A stretch of DNA of 64,000 bases from an uncultured Thermoplasmata archaeon. GTDB lineage: Archaea; Thermoplasmatota; Thermoplasmata; Lutacidiplasmatales; UBA184. The notes beneath the pieces are model-generated. The model worked only from the letters and a program-made list of their open reading frames with translations. It was not told where the DNA came from and did no database searches. Position 1 is the stretch's first letter; each line of letters begins with the position of its first letter. The stretch lies in contig CAVVLX010000007.1 of assembly GCA_963749195.1 (NCBI GenBank), positions 278,861 through 342,860 of the forward strand, in the 5' to 3' direction. The translations under genes were made by a program, and so were the position numbers. Below, piece after piece: positions 39,399-51,916 of the stretch.

Positions 39399-40297
39399 GG
39401 CTGCAGGATCAGGTGATCGAGCAGATCGCGCGCGGCCTGCGCGCGTGGAAATCGGGCCCGCGCCTCGGCCTCCAGCGGAGCGACCTCCTTGTACCGGGAA
39501 GAAAAGTGCGTGAGGAAGAGCATAGCGACGTCGGCTTGCTGAGCAATCTCCGCGGCTTGCCGGGCCGACGAATGCCCCCATTGATTCGCCTCCGATTCCA
39601 TCTCGGCGGAAGTCGTCGCTTCGTGAATAAGGAGAGTCGCCTTGGTGGCGAGCTTTCGAATCTCTTCCGAGGGGGCCGAATCGCCGGAATAGACGAGGGA
39701 TCGACCTTCGCGGGGTGGACCAATGAGATCCTCGGGGTGAACGACGCGTCCGTCGACCCGAACCGGTTCGCCGGACTCGAGGCGCGAAAAATCCGGGCCT
39801 CGGATTCCCAGCTCTTTGGCTTTCACGGGATCGAAACGACCTCGCTTCGGACCCTCGTCCAGTCGATACGCGAGGGCAGGAACCGGATGGGTGGCTAGTG
39901 CCGTCCGAATCGTATAGCCGTTCAACTCCACCGAGTCACCGGGGGCGAGCGGGTGAACTGAAACGGGAAATCGCTGCGTGAAGTAGCCGAGGGCGAGCAC
40001 TCGGTCGACCATCTCTTTGGCATCGTGCGGACCGTAGACTTCGAGCGGTTCGGTGCGGTTGTTGAGGCACATGCTCTGAATCAGGCCGGGGAGGCCGAGA
40101 AAGTGGTCGCCGTGAAAATGCGTGATAAAGACTCGTTGGACGCGCATGAACGAGGCCGACGATTGGAAGAACTGCCGCTGGGTCCCCTCCCCGCAATCAA
40201 AGAGCACGAGCTCGCGCTCAGTGTCTAGGGCGATCGCGCTCGCAGAACGCTCTTTCGACGGCCACGACCCCGCGGTTCCGAGGAACGTGAGTCGCAT
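39395..40297 (-). CDS. rnz: Ribonuclease Z
   Basis: FLGTAGS, DCGEGTQ, THFHGDH, YSGDS, LIHEAT, THFSSRY. Confidence 0.95.
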   Translation of the reverse strand: MRLTFLGTAGSWPSKERSASAIALDTERELVLFDCGEGTQRQFFQSSASFMRVQRVFITHFHGDHFLGLPGLIQSMCLNNRTEPLEVYGPHDAKEMVDRVLALGYFTQRFPVSVHPLAPGDSVELNGYTIRTALATHPVPALAYRLDEGPKRGRFDPVKAKELGIRGPDFSRLESGEPVRVDGRVVHPEDLIGPPREGRSLVYSGDSAPSEEIRKLATKATLLIHEATTSAEMESEANQWGHSSARQAAEIAQQADVAMLFLTHFSSRYKEVAPLEAEARARFPRAQAARDLLDHLILQP

Positions 40298-40394
40298 CGA
40301 GGTCCGACACCCCGAACTGCCTAAAAGGAGGATGCGAACCGCGCTGCGGCGTGGGGTGAAAGGAGAAGTACCTCTGCCGGTGTCAATTCGACCA

Positions 40395-41612
40395 ATGGTT
40401 GATTGGGACCAGGTAGACCGCCTCCGGGAGAAAGGGTGGGACTGGAAGCGGATCGCCCAAGATCCGAAGGTCGGTTTCCACGCGGATCCCGGGGTATCCG
40501 ATGAAGGGCGCGCCTTGCGAGCCCTGTACTATCGGCGCCGTTCGCGCGAGGAACGCAAACCGTCTCCGAAAGGCTCCAAACGGGCGGCCGAAGAGGAAGC
40601 GCAGAAAACGACGTGGACCTTGGCTCGGATTGGCTATCTGACCACTCCCCTGCTCGCGATCTGGTTCGTGGTAGCCTATTTCGTGCCGTCGCCGGTCGGT
40701 CTCATCCTGCCGGCGATTCCCTGGTTAGCCCTTGGACTGGCGGTGGTCGCGTTCATTCTTGCGTTTGGCTTATGGAGAGCGAAGGGGGCGCGATGGTCGA
40801 AACTCTACCGCCATACGGTGACGTATGGGATCGTGACCGGTTTGGTTCTCGTGGGCGTCGTCGCGGCGACAGCGTATCTGGTCTTCGGTTGCCCGTTCTT
40901 ACCTTCCGCCTCGTCCCTGGCCACGCAATCCGCGAGCGGACAACCGAATGGAGATAGTACACTCAACATTCCCGCGTGGACTTCCGGGACGATGCATCCC
41001 TGGCAAGACAGCGGCAAGCCGGTACTCTACTTCTATGGAGCCAGTTGGTGTCCCTTCTGTTCGGCGGGCAGTTGGGCGATCTACAAAGCGCTCATCGAAT
41101 TCGGTTCGTTGAGCGGTCAATACACCTCCTTCTCGAGTTCCAGCGACGTGGATGCGGGAACCCCTGAGATGGTGCTCGCAAACGCCCAGCTGAGTTCCTC
41201 GACGGTCTCGTTCCAAGTCAACGAAGACACGTCCAGCGTCGATGGAACGTTTCCGGGAACTTCGAATTGTTACCAGCAGGCCTATGTTTCCGCCTACTCC
41301 GGAGGATCCATCCCGTTCGTCGTGGTGAACGGACAGTACATTCACGGCGGATCCCAACTGATTGCGCCGACGCTCCTCTCGACGTGGTCGAATGGGAACA
41401 CGGGTGGGACCGGAGCGGCGACCGTCAATAGTCAGGTCATGTCAGAGAGCGGACCAGCGTGGAACGTCGTCCAGTTCCAAGCGTGGTGGATCATGGCGTT
41501 TCTCGTGAAATCCACCGGGCAGTCGGTCGCCCAACTTGCGACGCAGGTGACGCCGAATTGGACCGGGGCGACCATGAATGCGGTGTCCGCGGACCTGAAC
41601 CAGATCTCCTAG
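40395..41612 (+). CDS. Membrane-anchored thioredoxin-fold protein (DUF929-like)
   Basis: Three TM helices then KPVLYFYGASWCPFCS..SWAIYKAL..FG and SIPF cis-Pro loop. Confidence 0.75.
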   Translation: MVDWDQVDRLREKGWDWKRIAQDPKVGFHADPGVSDEGRALRALYYRRRSREERKPSPKGSKRAAEEEAQKTTWTLARIGYLTTPLLAIWFVVAYFVPSPVGLILPAIPWLALGLAVVAFILAFGLWRAKGARWSKLYRHTVTYGIVTGLVLVGVVAATAYLVFGCPFLPSASSLATQSASGQPNGDSTLNIPAWTSGTMHPWQDSGKPVLYFYGASWCPFCSAGSWAIYKALIEFGSLSGQYTSFSSSSDVDAGTPEMVLANAQLSSSTVSFQVNEDTSSVDGTFPGTSNCYQQAYVSAYSGGSIPFVVVNGQYIHGGSQLIAPTLLSTWSNGNTGGTGAATVNSQVMSESGPAWNVVQFQAWWIMAFLVKSTGQSVAQLATQVTPNWTGATMNAVSADLNQIS

Positions 41613-41617
41613 CGTCC

Positions 41618-42109
41618 ATGCAGATCCGTACGCTGCGTTCGATCGTCTACTTCGCCGCCGGCCTAGGATTGATCATCTCGGCCTTCGCCGCTGCGGAGTT
41701 CTTCGACGCGGCCCTCCGACAGGTATGCTCGTTCAACTCGTTCTTCTCGTGCCAGCTCATTGATCAAAGCGGCCGGACGAGCACGCTTGGGATCCCGGAT
41801 TATGCCTGGGGGGTCGGCGGATTCGTGGCTATCCTCGCGGTCGCCGGCTTCAGCGAAGCTCGTCCCTGGAGCCGGTCCGGGATCTACGCGCTGGTGGGCG
41901 TGACCTCGGCCGGCGTCGCGCTCTCGGCTTATCTCCTGTACGTCGAACTGGCTCTGATCGGCGCGTTGTGTCTGGTCTGCGCGGCCGCCTACCTCATGGG
42001 AGTAGTCACCTGGATCGGCGCCATCGCTCTGTTCCGCCGGTCGTCGGACGATCCCGTCGAAACCGAGGACGACGAGGAAGAAGCGGCCGAGGGTATGGAA
42101 ACAGCTTAG
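41618..42109 (+). CDS. Vitamin K epoxide reductase (VKOR) family protein
   Basis: Loop cysteines VCSFNSFFSC, LGIP, LCLVC active-site CxxC in TM4. Confidence 0.88.
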   Translation: MQIRTLRSIVYFAAGLGLIISAFAAAEFFDAALRQVCSFNSFFSCQLIDQSGRTSTLGIPDYAWGVGGFVAILAVAGFSEARPWSRSGIYALVGVTSAGVALSAYLLYVELALIGALCLVCAAAYLMGVVTWIGAIALFRRSSDDPVETEDDEEEAAEGMETA

Positions 42110-42233
42110 CTCGGTCCAGTCCCATTCGGCGGGGTTCACTGAGCCCTCGAGAATTTTGCTGTCGAGGAAGCGGCTCGGCTTTCAGTGGTTCGGGTTATAT
42201 AGCCACCTTTTCTCGCCCGCGCGGGTCGTTCCT

Positions 42234-42464
42234 ATGGTCTCTGATACGGTAGCCGCTGCCGAAGCCATCGCAGCGGGGATCGCCATCGCCGGGGGCCTCA
42301 TCGGAACGGGTATGGCGCAGTCTGGAATCGGCGCCGCGGGGATGGGAATCATCGCGGAGAAGCCGGAGAAATTCGGCCAAGTCCTCTTCTTCTTCGTCAT
42401 TCCCGAAACCCTGTGGATCATCGGATTCGTGCTCGGCGTTGTTCTCCTACTGAACGTTCTGTGA
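42234..42464 (+). CDS. atpK: A-type ATP synthase subunit K (c, proteolipid)
   Basis: 76-aa hairpin, AQSGIGAAGMG..AEKPE, IPETL carboxylate. Confidence 0.92.
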   Translation: MVSDTVAAAEAIAAGIAIAGGLIGTGMAQSGIGAAGMGIIAEKPEKFGQVLFFFVIPETLWIIGFVLGVVLLLNVL

Positions 42465-42492
42465 CCCCCCACCCCTCCACTGAACGAAGGCT

Positions 42493-43044
42493 ATGAGCCT
42501 GGAGAATCTGGTCGCGGAGATCCGCCAGCACGCCGAGGCCGAGCTCAAAGCGATGATCGAGCAGCAGAAGGCTGACGGGGTTCAGATCCTCACCGACCGG
42601 GACCGTCGGATCGCCGAGATCCGTTCGGCCTCCCAGCACACGACCGAGCTCGAAGTCTCGCGGGAGCGGACCCAGCGGCTGGCAGCGGCGAAGCTTCAGG
42701 GACGGAAGATGCTCTTCGAGGCGCGGGAAAAGCGCTTGGAGGACGGGCTGCGGGAGACCCGGGCGCTCCTGGCGAACTACACGTCCTCTCCAGGGTATCC
42801 GATGGTCCTCAAGCGAATGGTCGAGGCCGCGAACACCTCCCTGGGCCGGCAGATTCGCATCTCGGGTCGCGTCGAGGACGCCGCCCTGCTGGCGAAGGTC
42901 GCCGGGAAGTCGTTCGACCCGACGCCCCAATCGATCCTGGGCGGATTGATCGCCCAGACGGCCGATGGAAGCCGACGACTGAATCTCTCGTTCGACGAGC
43001 TCCTGCGGCTGCGCGAGGACGAGGTCCGCGAGATCCTCGCTTAG
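42493..43044 (+). CDS. atpE: A-type ATP synthase subunit E
   Basis: Coiled-coil N terminus, ILGGLIAQTADG..RLNLSF. Confidence 0.85.
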   Translation: MSLENLVAEIRQHAEAELKAMIEQQKADGVQILTDRDRRIAEIRSASQHTTELEVSRERTQRLAAAKLQGRKMLFEAREKRLEDGLRETRALLANYTSSPGYPMVLKRMVEAANTSLGRQIRISGRVEDAALLAKVAGKSFDPTPQSILGGLIAQTADGSRRLNLSFDELLRLREDEVREILA

Positions 43045-43054
43045 GACGGTCGAG

Positions 43055-44131
43055 TTGGCCGCCTCCGCGTACGCGAGCGCCCTCGGGCGCCTGAAACCGG
43101 AATTCACCGCCTTCCTCTCGAAGGAGACGTATCTCCAGCTCACCGCCGCGAAAGACTCCAACGAGATCGCCAAGATTCTCGAGGGCACCCCGTACGGCCC
43201 CGACGTCCAGTCCGCGCGGGCGGCGTACCAGGGGGCCGCGCTGGTCGAGATTGCCCTCAACCGAACATTCGTCCGCCGCAATCGCCACGCCTACGAGGCG
43301 ACGCCGTTCGCCGGTCGCGGGGTGGTCGCGGCGTATCTCACCCGCTGGGACCTGCAAAACATCGAGCTGATCCTGGCGGCGAAGGCGCAGGGACGGTCGG
43401 TCACCGAGACCGAGGACCATCTGGTCTCGAGCCGCGAAATTCCGGCCGGTCTCTACGCCGGTGTCCTCACGCTCGACGACTTCCGCCAGCTCCTCGCCCA
43501 ACCGACGGTCGAGGCGGTCGCCACCGCCCTCGTGCGGTATGGATATGGGGCCACCGTACTCCCCCTCGTCGAAACATTCCAGCGATCGCACAACATCTTC
43601 CCCATCCTCCATGCCCTCGACCACGAGTACTACCGCCGAGTGCTCGAGTCCGCCCGGTTCTTTCAGGGGGACGAATGGGTGGTACGGCAATTTCTCGCGA
43701 GCGAGATCGACGTCCGCAACGCGTTGCTTCTGCTGAAGGGCAAAGCCGCTGAACTTCCGATCGACGAGGTGGTGGCCCGCTGGTTCGACGGGGGGACCGT
43801 GCTCGCCTCCCAAGTCCCGGACCTCTACGGCGTACGCGGGGTCCCCGAGCTCGCCGACCGGCTCGCGGCTCGGTTTCCTTCGATCACCGAAGGAACGGCC
43901 GAGTACGCGAACGCGCAGAGCCTGACCGGCTACGAAGCCGCGCTCGCCCGCGACCGCGTGACGACCGAGCTGCGGCGTCTCCGGACCTACCCCCTTTCGC
44001 TCGCGGTGGTTTTCACTTTTCTGCTGCTCGCCGAGATCGAGCGGGAAGACGTGCGGCGCATCACCTTCGCCAAGCTGTATGGGATCCCATCGGACCGGCT
44101 GACGCCGCTCCTGGTATCTCCGCGGCTCTGA
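43055..44131 (+). CDS. atpC: A-type ATP synthase subunit C
   Basis: 358 aa; WDLQNI, EIDVRN, EIEREDVRRI; operon context. Confidence 0.88.
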   Translation: MAASAYASALGRLKPEFTAFLSKETYLQLTAAKDSNEIAKILEGTPYGPDVQSARAAYQGAALVEIALNRTFVRRNRHAYEATPFAGRGVVAAYLTRWDLQNIELILAAKAQGRSVTETEDHLVSSREIPAGLYAGVLTLDDFRQLLAQPTVEAVATALVRYGYGATVLPLVETFQRSHNIFPILHALDHEYYRRVLESARFFQGDEWVVRQFLASEIDVRNALLLLKGKAAELPIDEVVARWFDGGTVLASQVPDLYGVRGVPELADRLAARFPSITEGTAEYANAQSLTGYEAALARDRVTTELRRLRTYPLSLAVVFTFLLLAEIEREDVRRITFAKLYGIPSDRLTPLLVSPRL

Positions 44132-44146
44132 GAGGAGCTGGCCGTC

Positions 44147-46167
44147 CTACGACGGGGGGACTGCACGAGCGGGGCGGGAGCGGGTCCCTCGCCCGCCACA
44201 CTCGAGACCGTGTGGGTGCGCGGCGCGCCGAACGGGCGGAACGGTTTACCGTTCCCGGTGTAGAACTTCGAGAAGTATTCGACAAAGATCAGTCGCGCCC
44301 CTTGAATGCCCGGCTCGAAGACGCCCAGAATGACATTGAACGACTGACCGATGAGAATGATCGCGAGCCCGGCGACGATCCCCGCGATCGCTCCTCCGGC
44401 GACCAGGCCGCCCCCGACCGAGTTGATCACAAGGGCCAAGATGACGCTTGCGAGGAGGATTCCTAATAGACGAGTGTAGGAGAGAATGTGGCTCACGATC
44501 TCGATCAGGCTCATCATGCCGGTCTGGACCCCTTCGCCGCCGATCATGCAAAGGAGACCGACCACGAGCAGCGCGACGTAGATGACGAAGTACGGGCTCG
44601 CGAAGGAGTCGGTCGCGGCGAGAGGCCCCAACGTCTTGGGGTGGATGACCGAGAGGCCGGCGAAGGCGACCCCCCAGGCAAACATGACCCCACCGGCTTT
44701 CCCCACGACGCCGCGGCGGTGGTGGTGGAAGTATTCTTTCAACAGCCCGAAGACGAACCCCAAGGTCACCATTCCGAGGCCGATGAACCCGGCGACGAGC
44801 AGAAGGAGGCCCACGTCGCTGGACCGCAAGAGGTCGATCGGGGCGACATATCCGAAGAGCCTTCCGAGGAGATGGTAGCCGAAGAACTCGTCCCAGTAGA
44901 GTCCGAGTACGATCGCGAGGGTGCAGCCGGGAAGCAGCGCGTAGGCGAGTTGGCGCATTCCTTGAGGCCCCATGATCCGCTTCACGAAGGTCCTTCCGAA
45001 CTTCGGGAGGCGTTGGGCACCGGGGAATCCGGCGATCATCCAGAGGCAGATGAGGAGAATCGTGAGCCCGTACCCCCAGTCGCCGAGCATGAGGCCAAAG
45101 AAGAGCGGGAACACGATCGAGAAAACGAGAGTCGGATCCCACTCATCGGCTTGAGGCAAGGAGTAGAACCGAATGAAAAACTCGAATCGCCGGACCCCCG
45201 CCGGATTGCGCATCATCGTCGGCGGCTCTTCGGTGGTCGGGACCGCGTAGAAGTAGGCCCGCCCTCCGCTCACGGACTGGATGACCCGCTCGAACCGAGC
45301 GACATTCCGGCGCGGCACCCAGGCCTCGAGCGCGAAGGTCGAGCGGCCGGCGCCGAGCTTCGACAGCACCTCGACTTTGCGGTTCTCTATCTGCAAGGCC
45401 TCGTCGATCGCCGCGACCGTTGGATACCACTCCCGTGCGATCGCCCCGAGGCGTTCGGCGATCGCAACGCGCCGGCGGAGGTGCTCCTCCCGCCGTTGAC
45501 GGAGCGGGGCGAGCTCTTCGGTGGGGGTGCCCGAGAGCGCGGGCAACGGGGAGAGACTGACCCCGCGGGCTTGGGCCGCGCGGGCCAGGAGATCGGCCGC
45601 GCTGCGGCGCAGGCTGACGAGGAACCGGCCAGTCCCGATCGAGTCGTAGAGGAATTGTGCATCGGCTTCGGGCGGGAGTGCGAAGCGGAGGGCCTCCCCG
45701 ATTTCCGGGTCTTCTTCCCCAAAGAAACTCACGAAGCTCTGGGCGCGGAGGTACTCCAAACGGTCGGCGTAGAAGTAGAGCTTTTCGAGGAGCGCGATCG
45801 TCTCATCAGTCGTCTGTTGCTCGGTGAGGAGCCGGTCGTTTTCTCGCGTAAGTTCGCCGACCTCGACATCGATCGGCACGGTCTTCGCTGCGGCAAGGAT
45901 TTCATCTAAGGAATCAAACCGGCGGGGCGTGCCGACGGGAACCCGGGGGAGCGCCGACTTCAAACCGCGAAAGCGTAGGGCTTCATCGCCGATCGCACGA
46001 GCTAACTCAGTCCCTCGCTCCGGCGCGAGCTCCGCGAGCGCCTCGGGGGAGAGCGGCTCCACCTGCGCCAGGCGAAGGTCGTGGAGGGCGGTAAGGATCC
46101 GCTCCCGATCGTCCTTCAAGCCAAGGATGCCGACCTTGGCCATCGGTTCTGGACGAAGGATCCCCAT
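44147..46167 (-). CDS. atpI: A-type ATP synthase subunit I (a)
   Basis: DPT..FPLFFGLMLGDWGYG, ILSYTRL, RLIFVEYFSKFY; as given the ORF runs to 43987, but one more base in the G6 run 44154-44159 gives a stop at 44147. Confidence 0.92.
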
Positions 46168-46182
46168 GGTACGGTTGCTCCG

Positions 46183-46544
46183 TCAATCCGTGAGGAATCC
46201 GGCCAGCACTGCCGAGAGGATGGCGTCCTCCTGGTCCGCGGGGCGTTTCCCTTCTCCACGGGCCGCCGCCTCGGCGGCCCGAGTCCCCCGGCGAGAATCT
46301 CCGCCGCCTCGCGCTCGGCTTCCTGACGCGCCGTCAACACAGCAGCGGCACGCTCGCGGTCGGCAGCTTCCTGCGACGCCTGGACGGCGGCCTCGCTCTC
46401 AGCGCGCAGGCGTTCGAGCGCGGCGTCCGCAGTGCTACGGGCGTCTCGGAGCTTGAGTTCCCACTCGCTTTCGGTCTCTTTGACCCGCTTGAGGGCCTCG
46501 ATCGAGCCGAGGGAGCTGTCGGGGGGCTCAGCGCGCGCGGACAC
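46183..46544 (-). CDS. atpH: A-type ATP synthase subunit H/G, frameshifted near 46287
   Basis: IEALKRVKETE coiled coil; one added G restores ...DAILSAVLAGFLTD*; directly upstream of atpI. Confidence 0.7.
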
Positions 46545-46669
46545 TAGTGGCTCCCAAAGTAGAGCGCGACGAAGACCAGGAGTCCGCCGAGCGCGGCGAT
46601 CTTGACCGCGAGCGATACCGTCCACACGATGCGGAACCGGCGCAACGCGGCATTAGGCGCTGGCTGCAT
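46544..46669 (-). CDS. 41-aa small membrane protein between atpD and atpH
   Basis: MQPAPNAALRRFRIVWTVSLAVKIAALGGLLVFVALYFGSH; overlaps the atpD stop and atpH start. Confidence 0.55.
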   Translation of the reverse strand: MQPAPNAALRRFRIVWTVSLAVKIAALGGLLVFVALYFGSH

Positions 46670-47297
46670 TGGACTCCGAGGCCTCGAGCTTTCGCTTGAC
46701 GACCTTGAGCATGCTGAACGCGTCTCGCTCGAGCTCGTCAAAGCGGAATTTGATGTAGCGCACGGTTCCCTGAAGCCGAGGGATCAGGACGTTCTCGATC
46801 GCGCTGGCCCGTCGTTTCGTCTTCTCAATTTCCTTGAGCAGCCGGCGCAGGGCGTTCTCCTTCTCGGCGATGTCGAGCACGACCGAGTAGATCCCCTGAA
46901 AATGGTGAATCGACTCGTTGATGGACGTAGAAAGGTCGAGGAGCTCCGGCGCCGCGACGGGGTGGTAATCGCCGCGGTCGACGCGGGGGGTTCGAACCCC
47001 CATGACGTTCTTCGTCGCGACCTGTACCGGTCGGACGACGGGGAGCAACATCGAGATGCTCTCCAATCGGGTCGGACCTTCCATCATCTCCGCCATTCGG
47101 ATCGACTCGTAGCCGCGCGCGATTCGGGCTTGCAGATCGCTCCGGAGTTTCATCGCCTCCTTCGAGATCGCGAAGAACTCCACGATCAAGGCGGTGCGTT
47201 TCAGTTTAAGGAGGTTCAGGCCCTTTCGGGCGACGACGATCCGTCGACGAGTGCGCAGCAGCTCGAGGCGCGTCGGGCGGACGGTTTCGGCGGGCAC
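46653..47297 (-). CDS. atpD: A-type ATP synthase subunit D
   Basis: RPTRLEL, LLKLKR, NVMGV, EIEKTKRRASAIE..IP. Confidence 0.95.
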   Translation of the reverse strand: MPAETVRPTRLELLRTRRRIVVARKGLNLLKLKRTALIVEFFAISKEAMKLRSDLQARIARGYESIRMAEMMEGPTRLESISMLLPVVRPVQVATKNVMGVRTPRVDRGDYHPVAAPELLDLSTSINESIHHFQGIYSVVLDIAEKENALRRLLKEIEKTKRRASAIENVLIPRLQGTVRYIKFRFDELERDAFSMLKVVKRKLEASESNAASA

Positions 47298-47317
47298 GGC
47301 TCCCTCTCTCCTCAGAC

Positions 47318-48745
<1,428 letters not shown>

Positions 48746-48749
48746 CGCG

Positions 48750-51700
48750 TCAGCTCGCTCCTGCGGCGGCCGCCGCACCCACGGAGCTGACGGCGTCCGC
48801 CATCTCGAGATCGATCTGGTCGAACTGTTTTTGGAGCTCGGCTTCGGGCACCCACTTCATTCGCGAGAGCTTCGTTCGGACGGGAAGACGCTGCATCTGC
48901 GCCACAGTCGCGCCTTTGCCGATCGCCTCCAACTCGCGGTCGCCGAACGTCAGGATCGCGCGGAGCATCCGGTACTGTTTCTGAATGGAGGTGTAGGTGT
49001 CCACCTCGTCGTAGGCGCTCTGTTGGAGGTAATCCTCTCGGAGCATGCGCGCCACGTCGAGCACGGCCTTTTCACGTTCGGGCAGGGCGTCGACGCCGAC
49101 GAGTTGCACGATCTCCTGGAGTTCGGCCTCCTTTTGCAACATCTCCAGCGCCTTCTGTCGCAACGGGATAAACTCCTTCGAGAGATTGGAGCGGAACCAT
49201 GGTTCGAGATCGTTGATGTAGAGGGAATAGCTCTGCAACCAGTTGATCGATGGAAAATGGCGACGGGAAGCGAGCGAGGCATCGAGCGCCCAGAAGACAC
49301 GGACGACCCGGAGCGTGTTCTGGCTCACGGGCTCGGAGGTATCTCCTCCCGCCGGCGAGACGGCTCCTACCACCGTGATCGATCCATTTCGACCGTCCGG
49401 AGAAATCGTGACGACTCTCCCGGAGCGTTCGTAGAACTCCGCGATCCGTCGACCCAGGTACGCCGGATACCCTTCCTCGCCCGGCATCTCTTCGAGACGG
49501 CCAGAGATTTCGCGCATCGCCTCCGCCCACCGGCTGGTCGAGTCGGCCATCAGCGCGACGTCATAGCCCATATCCCGGTAATACTCCGCGATCGTGATCC
49601 CAGTATAGACGCTCGCTTCGCGTGCGGCCACGGGCATGTTGGATGTGTTGGCGATCAGGATCGTCCGCTCCATCAACGGGCGTTTGGTCTTTGGGTCGAC
49701 CAGCGACGGGAACGTTGCGAGCACTTCGGTCATCTCGTTGCCGCGTTCCCCGCAACCGACGTAGACCACGACGTCCGAGTCGGCCCATTTGGCCAGCTGC
49801 TGCTGAATGACCGTGTTGTGGAGGAGGAGCCCGCCAATTCCACCGACGAAGTTGCTCCCAAACTCAGGGACGACGACGTCATACACATCGAACGGTCCGT
49901 GAGAGTCCCGGACTACTTCAACCACTTCGTCACAAAAGATCCAGTCGAGAAGTTGCGAGAGTCGGTGGGCGTCAGGTTCCCGGACTTCCAGCGAACTCGT
50001 CGACTCCTGAACCCCCATAAAGCGAAGGAAGGTGGCCGCACCCATTTGCTCCCGGTTGCCAATGTAATTGTGGATCTCAATCCTCTGTTCGATGAGCTCT
50101 GAATAGCGCGGACCAGCGCGATAGATTCTATCGAGAACGTCGGGCGAGAGAGGCACCAGATCGGTGGCGGTGTAGGTCGAGGTTTTCGACTCGACATATT
50201 GGCGGATCGCTGAAACCTTCGGCGTGAGCGAGCCGAGACCCGCAGCGAGCTTCGCGAGATTCCCAATTCCCCGAACGAAGACCCGTTGGTATTCCTTGCC
50301 GTTGACAACTCTACGCCCGAGCGAGCTCACGATTCCGAATCGTGCAAGCGCGTACGCGAGCTCAGTCCGGAGCCTCCGGCTCGCCGTGCAAAACGCTACC
50401 TCGCCATGGCCCCCCGAGAAGCCTGCATCGCCAAGGGAGTAACCGCGTAGGAACGCGCCTAGGCAGGCGTTCGTGGACGCGAGGACAGCGGGAGGAATTC
50501 GCTTCTCCTCCGAGGTTCGTCCGCAGCTTAAGAGAATCATAAATTCCACGAGCTGGCGGCTGTGAAGAAGTACGTTGTCCGTCTTATTGGGACTCCGCTC
50601 GAGTTTTCCGTCGAGATTGAATAGTACCTTGGACAAGGTGAAAAATCGGGTCCGCATCGACTCTTCCGAGTTAGTAAAGACCACCGTTCCCGGTCCGCGG
50701 AGGTACCCCTCGGCCACGTAGAGGCCCAGGAATTCCGCAAGAAGGGGAGACATCCGGTCCGGAACCTGGATTGCGTGACCTGCCCTCTTCAAAGGAGTAA
50801 GCCTAAGATTGAGCGGCTCGGAGACTCCCGGGGGCGGCAATTTCCGGATTGACGCGACGTAGTCACCGGGCTTCAGGTCACGGGCCATCGTTTCCCGCAG
50901 CGCACCGTCGGGCCCGATCGTGAAGAGCCGATGAACGGGCGTGACCCGCACCCTTCGTCCGCTTCGAGTCCGAACGCTGACGAGAGAGTCGCTCTTACCG
51001 TGGAAGAGGGTGGTCGTCCGGCTCTTGACCAGATGGTTTCCCACGAGCGAGTACAGTTCGAGCGGAGCGCGGAGGGAGAGCCATTCGTCGGCTCCGTCGA
51101 CCGAGACGTCGCCTTTGCGGCGAGAAGCCGAATAAAGTTCCTCGAGCGTAACAACCGTCCCATTGCCCAAGAGGACCGGAGTTTCCCCCGCGGCGCACTT
51201 GCCGGACCCAAATGGGCCGGGAACGCACGCAGTTCCGCCCTTTGCGACCGGGAAGAACGAGTCGATGACGCGCTGACCCGTGACGAGAGGGATCCCGGGC
51301 GCGAGCTTCTGACGGACCGGTCGGGGGACCCGGACAATCCATTTCTGCGTCAACCACAGCGGTTGCGTGCCGCTCGCTGTCTTGATCGATCCAATCGGTT
51401 CCCGAATCGTATAGGTCCCGCTCGCGAGCTTTGTGACGGTCCCTTCCACTCCTGGAGGGAGCATGATCTTGTGGAGAATGAGCGGAGTCTCTTGGACGGT
51501 TCCGAGTATCGTTCCGGCGGTGACCTCGGCCCCGACCGGAGTGGTCGCCGTGAACTCCCACTTCGCCGTTTCATCGAGCGGGGGAGCGACGAACCCACGA
51601 GTGATGAAATCGCCCAGGCTTTTTTGGATCACATCGAGCGGACGCTGGACCCCATCGTAGATCGACTTCAAAAGCCCGGGGCCGAGCTCGACGGACAAGG

Positions 51701-51902
51701 CCTGCCCCGTATTCTCGACCGGGTCCCCCGGGCGAATCCCGGTCGTATCTTCGTATACTTGTACGGTCGCGGTTCCGCCGACGAGGCGGATGATCTCTCC
51801 GACCAAGCCGAGCGAGCCGACGCGGACGACATCGAACATTTTGGCGTCGTCCAAGCCCTCGGCGATCACGACCGGCCCGGAAACGCGCCCGACGACTCCC
51901 AT
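48750..51902 (-). CDS. atpA: A-type ATP synthase subunit A (intein-containing)
   Basis: GPFGSGK|intein|[27 protein letters not shown]; exteins total 589 aa. Confidence 0.97.
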   Translation of the reverse strand: MGVVGRVSGPVVIAEGLDDAKMFDVVRVGSLGLVGEIIRLVGGTATVQVYEDTTGIRPGDPVENTGQALSVELGPGLLKSIYDGVQRPLDVIQKSLGDFITRGFVAPPLDETAKWEFTATTPVGAEVTAGTILGTVQETPLILHKIMLPPGVEGTVTKLASGTYTIREPIGSIKTASGTQPLWLTQKWIVRVPRPVRQKLAPGIPLVTGQRVIDSFFPVAKGGTACVPGPFGSGKCAAGETPVLLGNGTVVTLEELYSASRRKGDVSVDGADEWLSLRAPLELYSLVGNHLVKSRTTTLFHGKSDSLVSVRTRSGRRVRVTPVHRLFTIGPDGALRETMARDLKPGDYVASIRKLPPPGVSEPLNLRLTPLKRAGHAIQVPDRMSPLLAEFLGLYVAEGYLRGPGTVVFTNSEESMRTRFFTLSKVLFNLDGKLERSPNKTDNVLLHSRQLVEFMILLSCGRTSEEKRIPPAVLASTNACLGAFLRGYSLGDAGFSGGHGEVAFCTASRRLRTELAYALARFGIVSSLGRRVVNGKEYQRVFVRGIGNLAKLAAGLGSLTPKVSAIRQYVESKTSTYTATDLVPLSPDVLDRIYRAGPRYSELIEQRIEIHNYIGNREQMGAATFLRFMGVQESTSSLEVREPDAHRLSQLLDWIFCDEVVEVVRDSHGPFDVYDVVVPEFGSNFVGGIGGLLLHNTVIQQQLAKWADSDVVVYVGCGERGNEMTEVLATFPSLVDPKTKRPLMERTILIANTSNMPVAAREASVYTGITIAEYYRDMGYDVALMADSTSRWAEAMREISGRLEEMPGEEGYPAYLGRRIAEFYERSGRVVTISPDGRNGSITVVGAVSPAGGDTSEPVSQNTLRVVRVFWALDASLASRRHFPSINWLQSYSLYINDLEPWFRSNLSKEFIPLRQKALEMLQKEAELQEIVQLVGVDALPEREKAVLDVARMLREDYLQQSAYDEVDTYTSIQKQYRMLRAILTFGDRELEAIGKGATVAQMQRLPVRTKLSRMKWVPEAELQKQFDQIDLEMADAVSSVGAAAAAGAS
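49815..51197 (-). mobile_element. 461-aa intein with LAGLIDADG homing endonuclease in the AtpA P-loop
   Basis: N-terminal C(AAGETPV), block [19 protein letters not shown] and [16 protein letters not shown], terminal HN followed by T(+1). Confidence 0.95.
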
Positions 51903-51916
51903 CGATCGCTCTCTCG

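Noticed and set aside
43987-44131. 145-bp antisense overlap of atpI with atpC
   Set aside because: Disappears if one base is added to the G6 run, giving a stop at 44147
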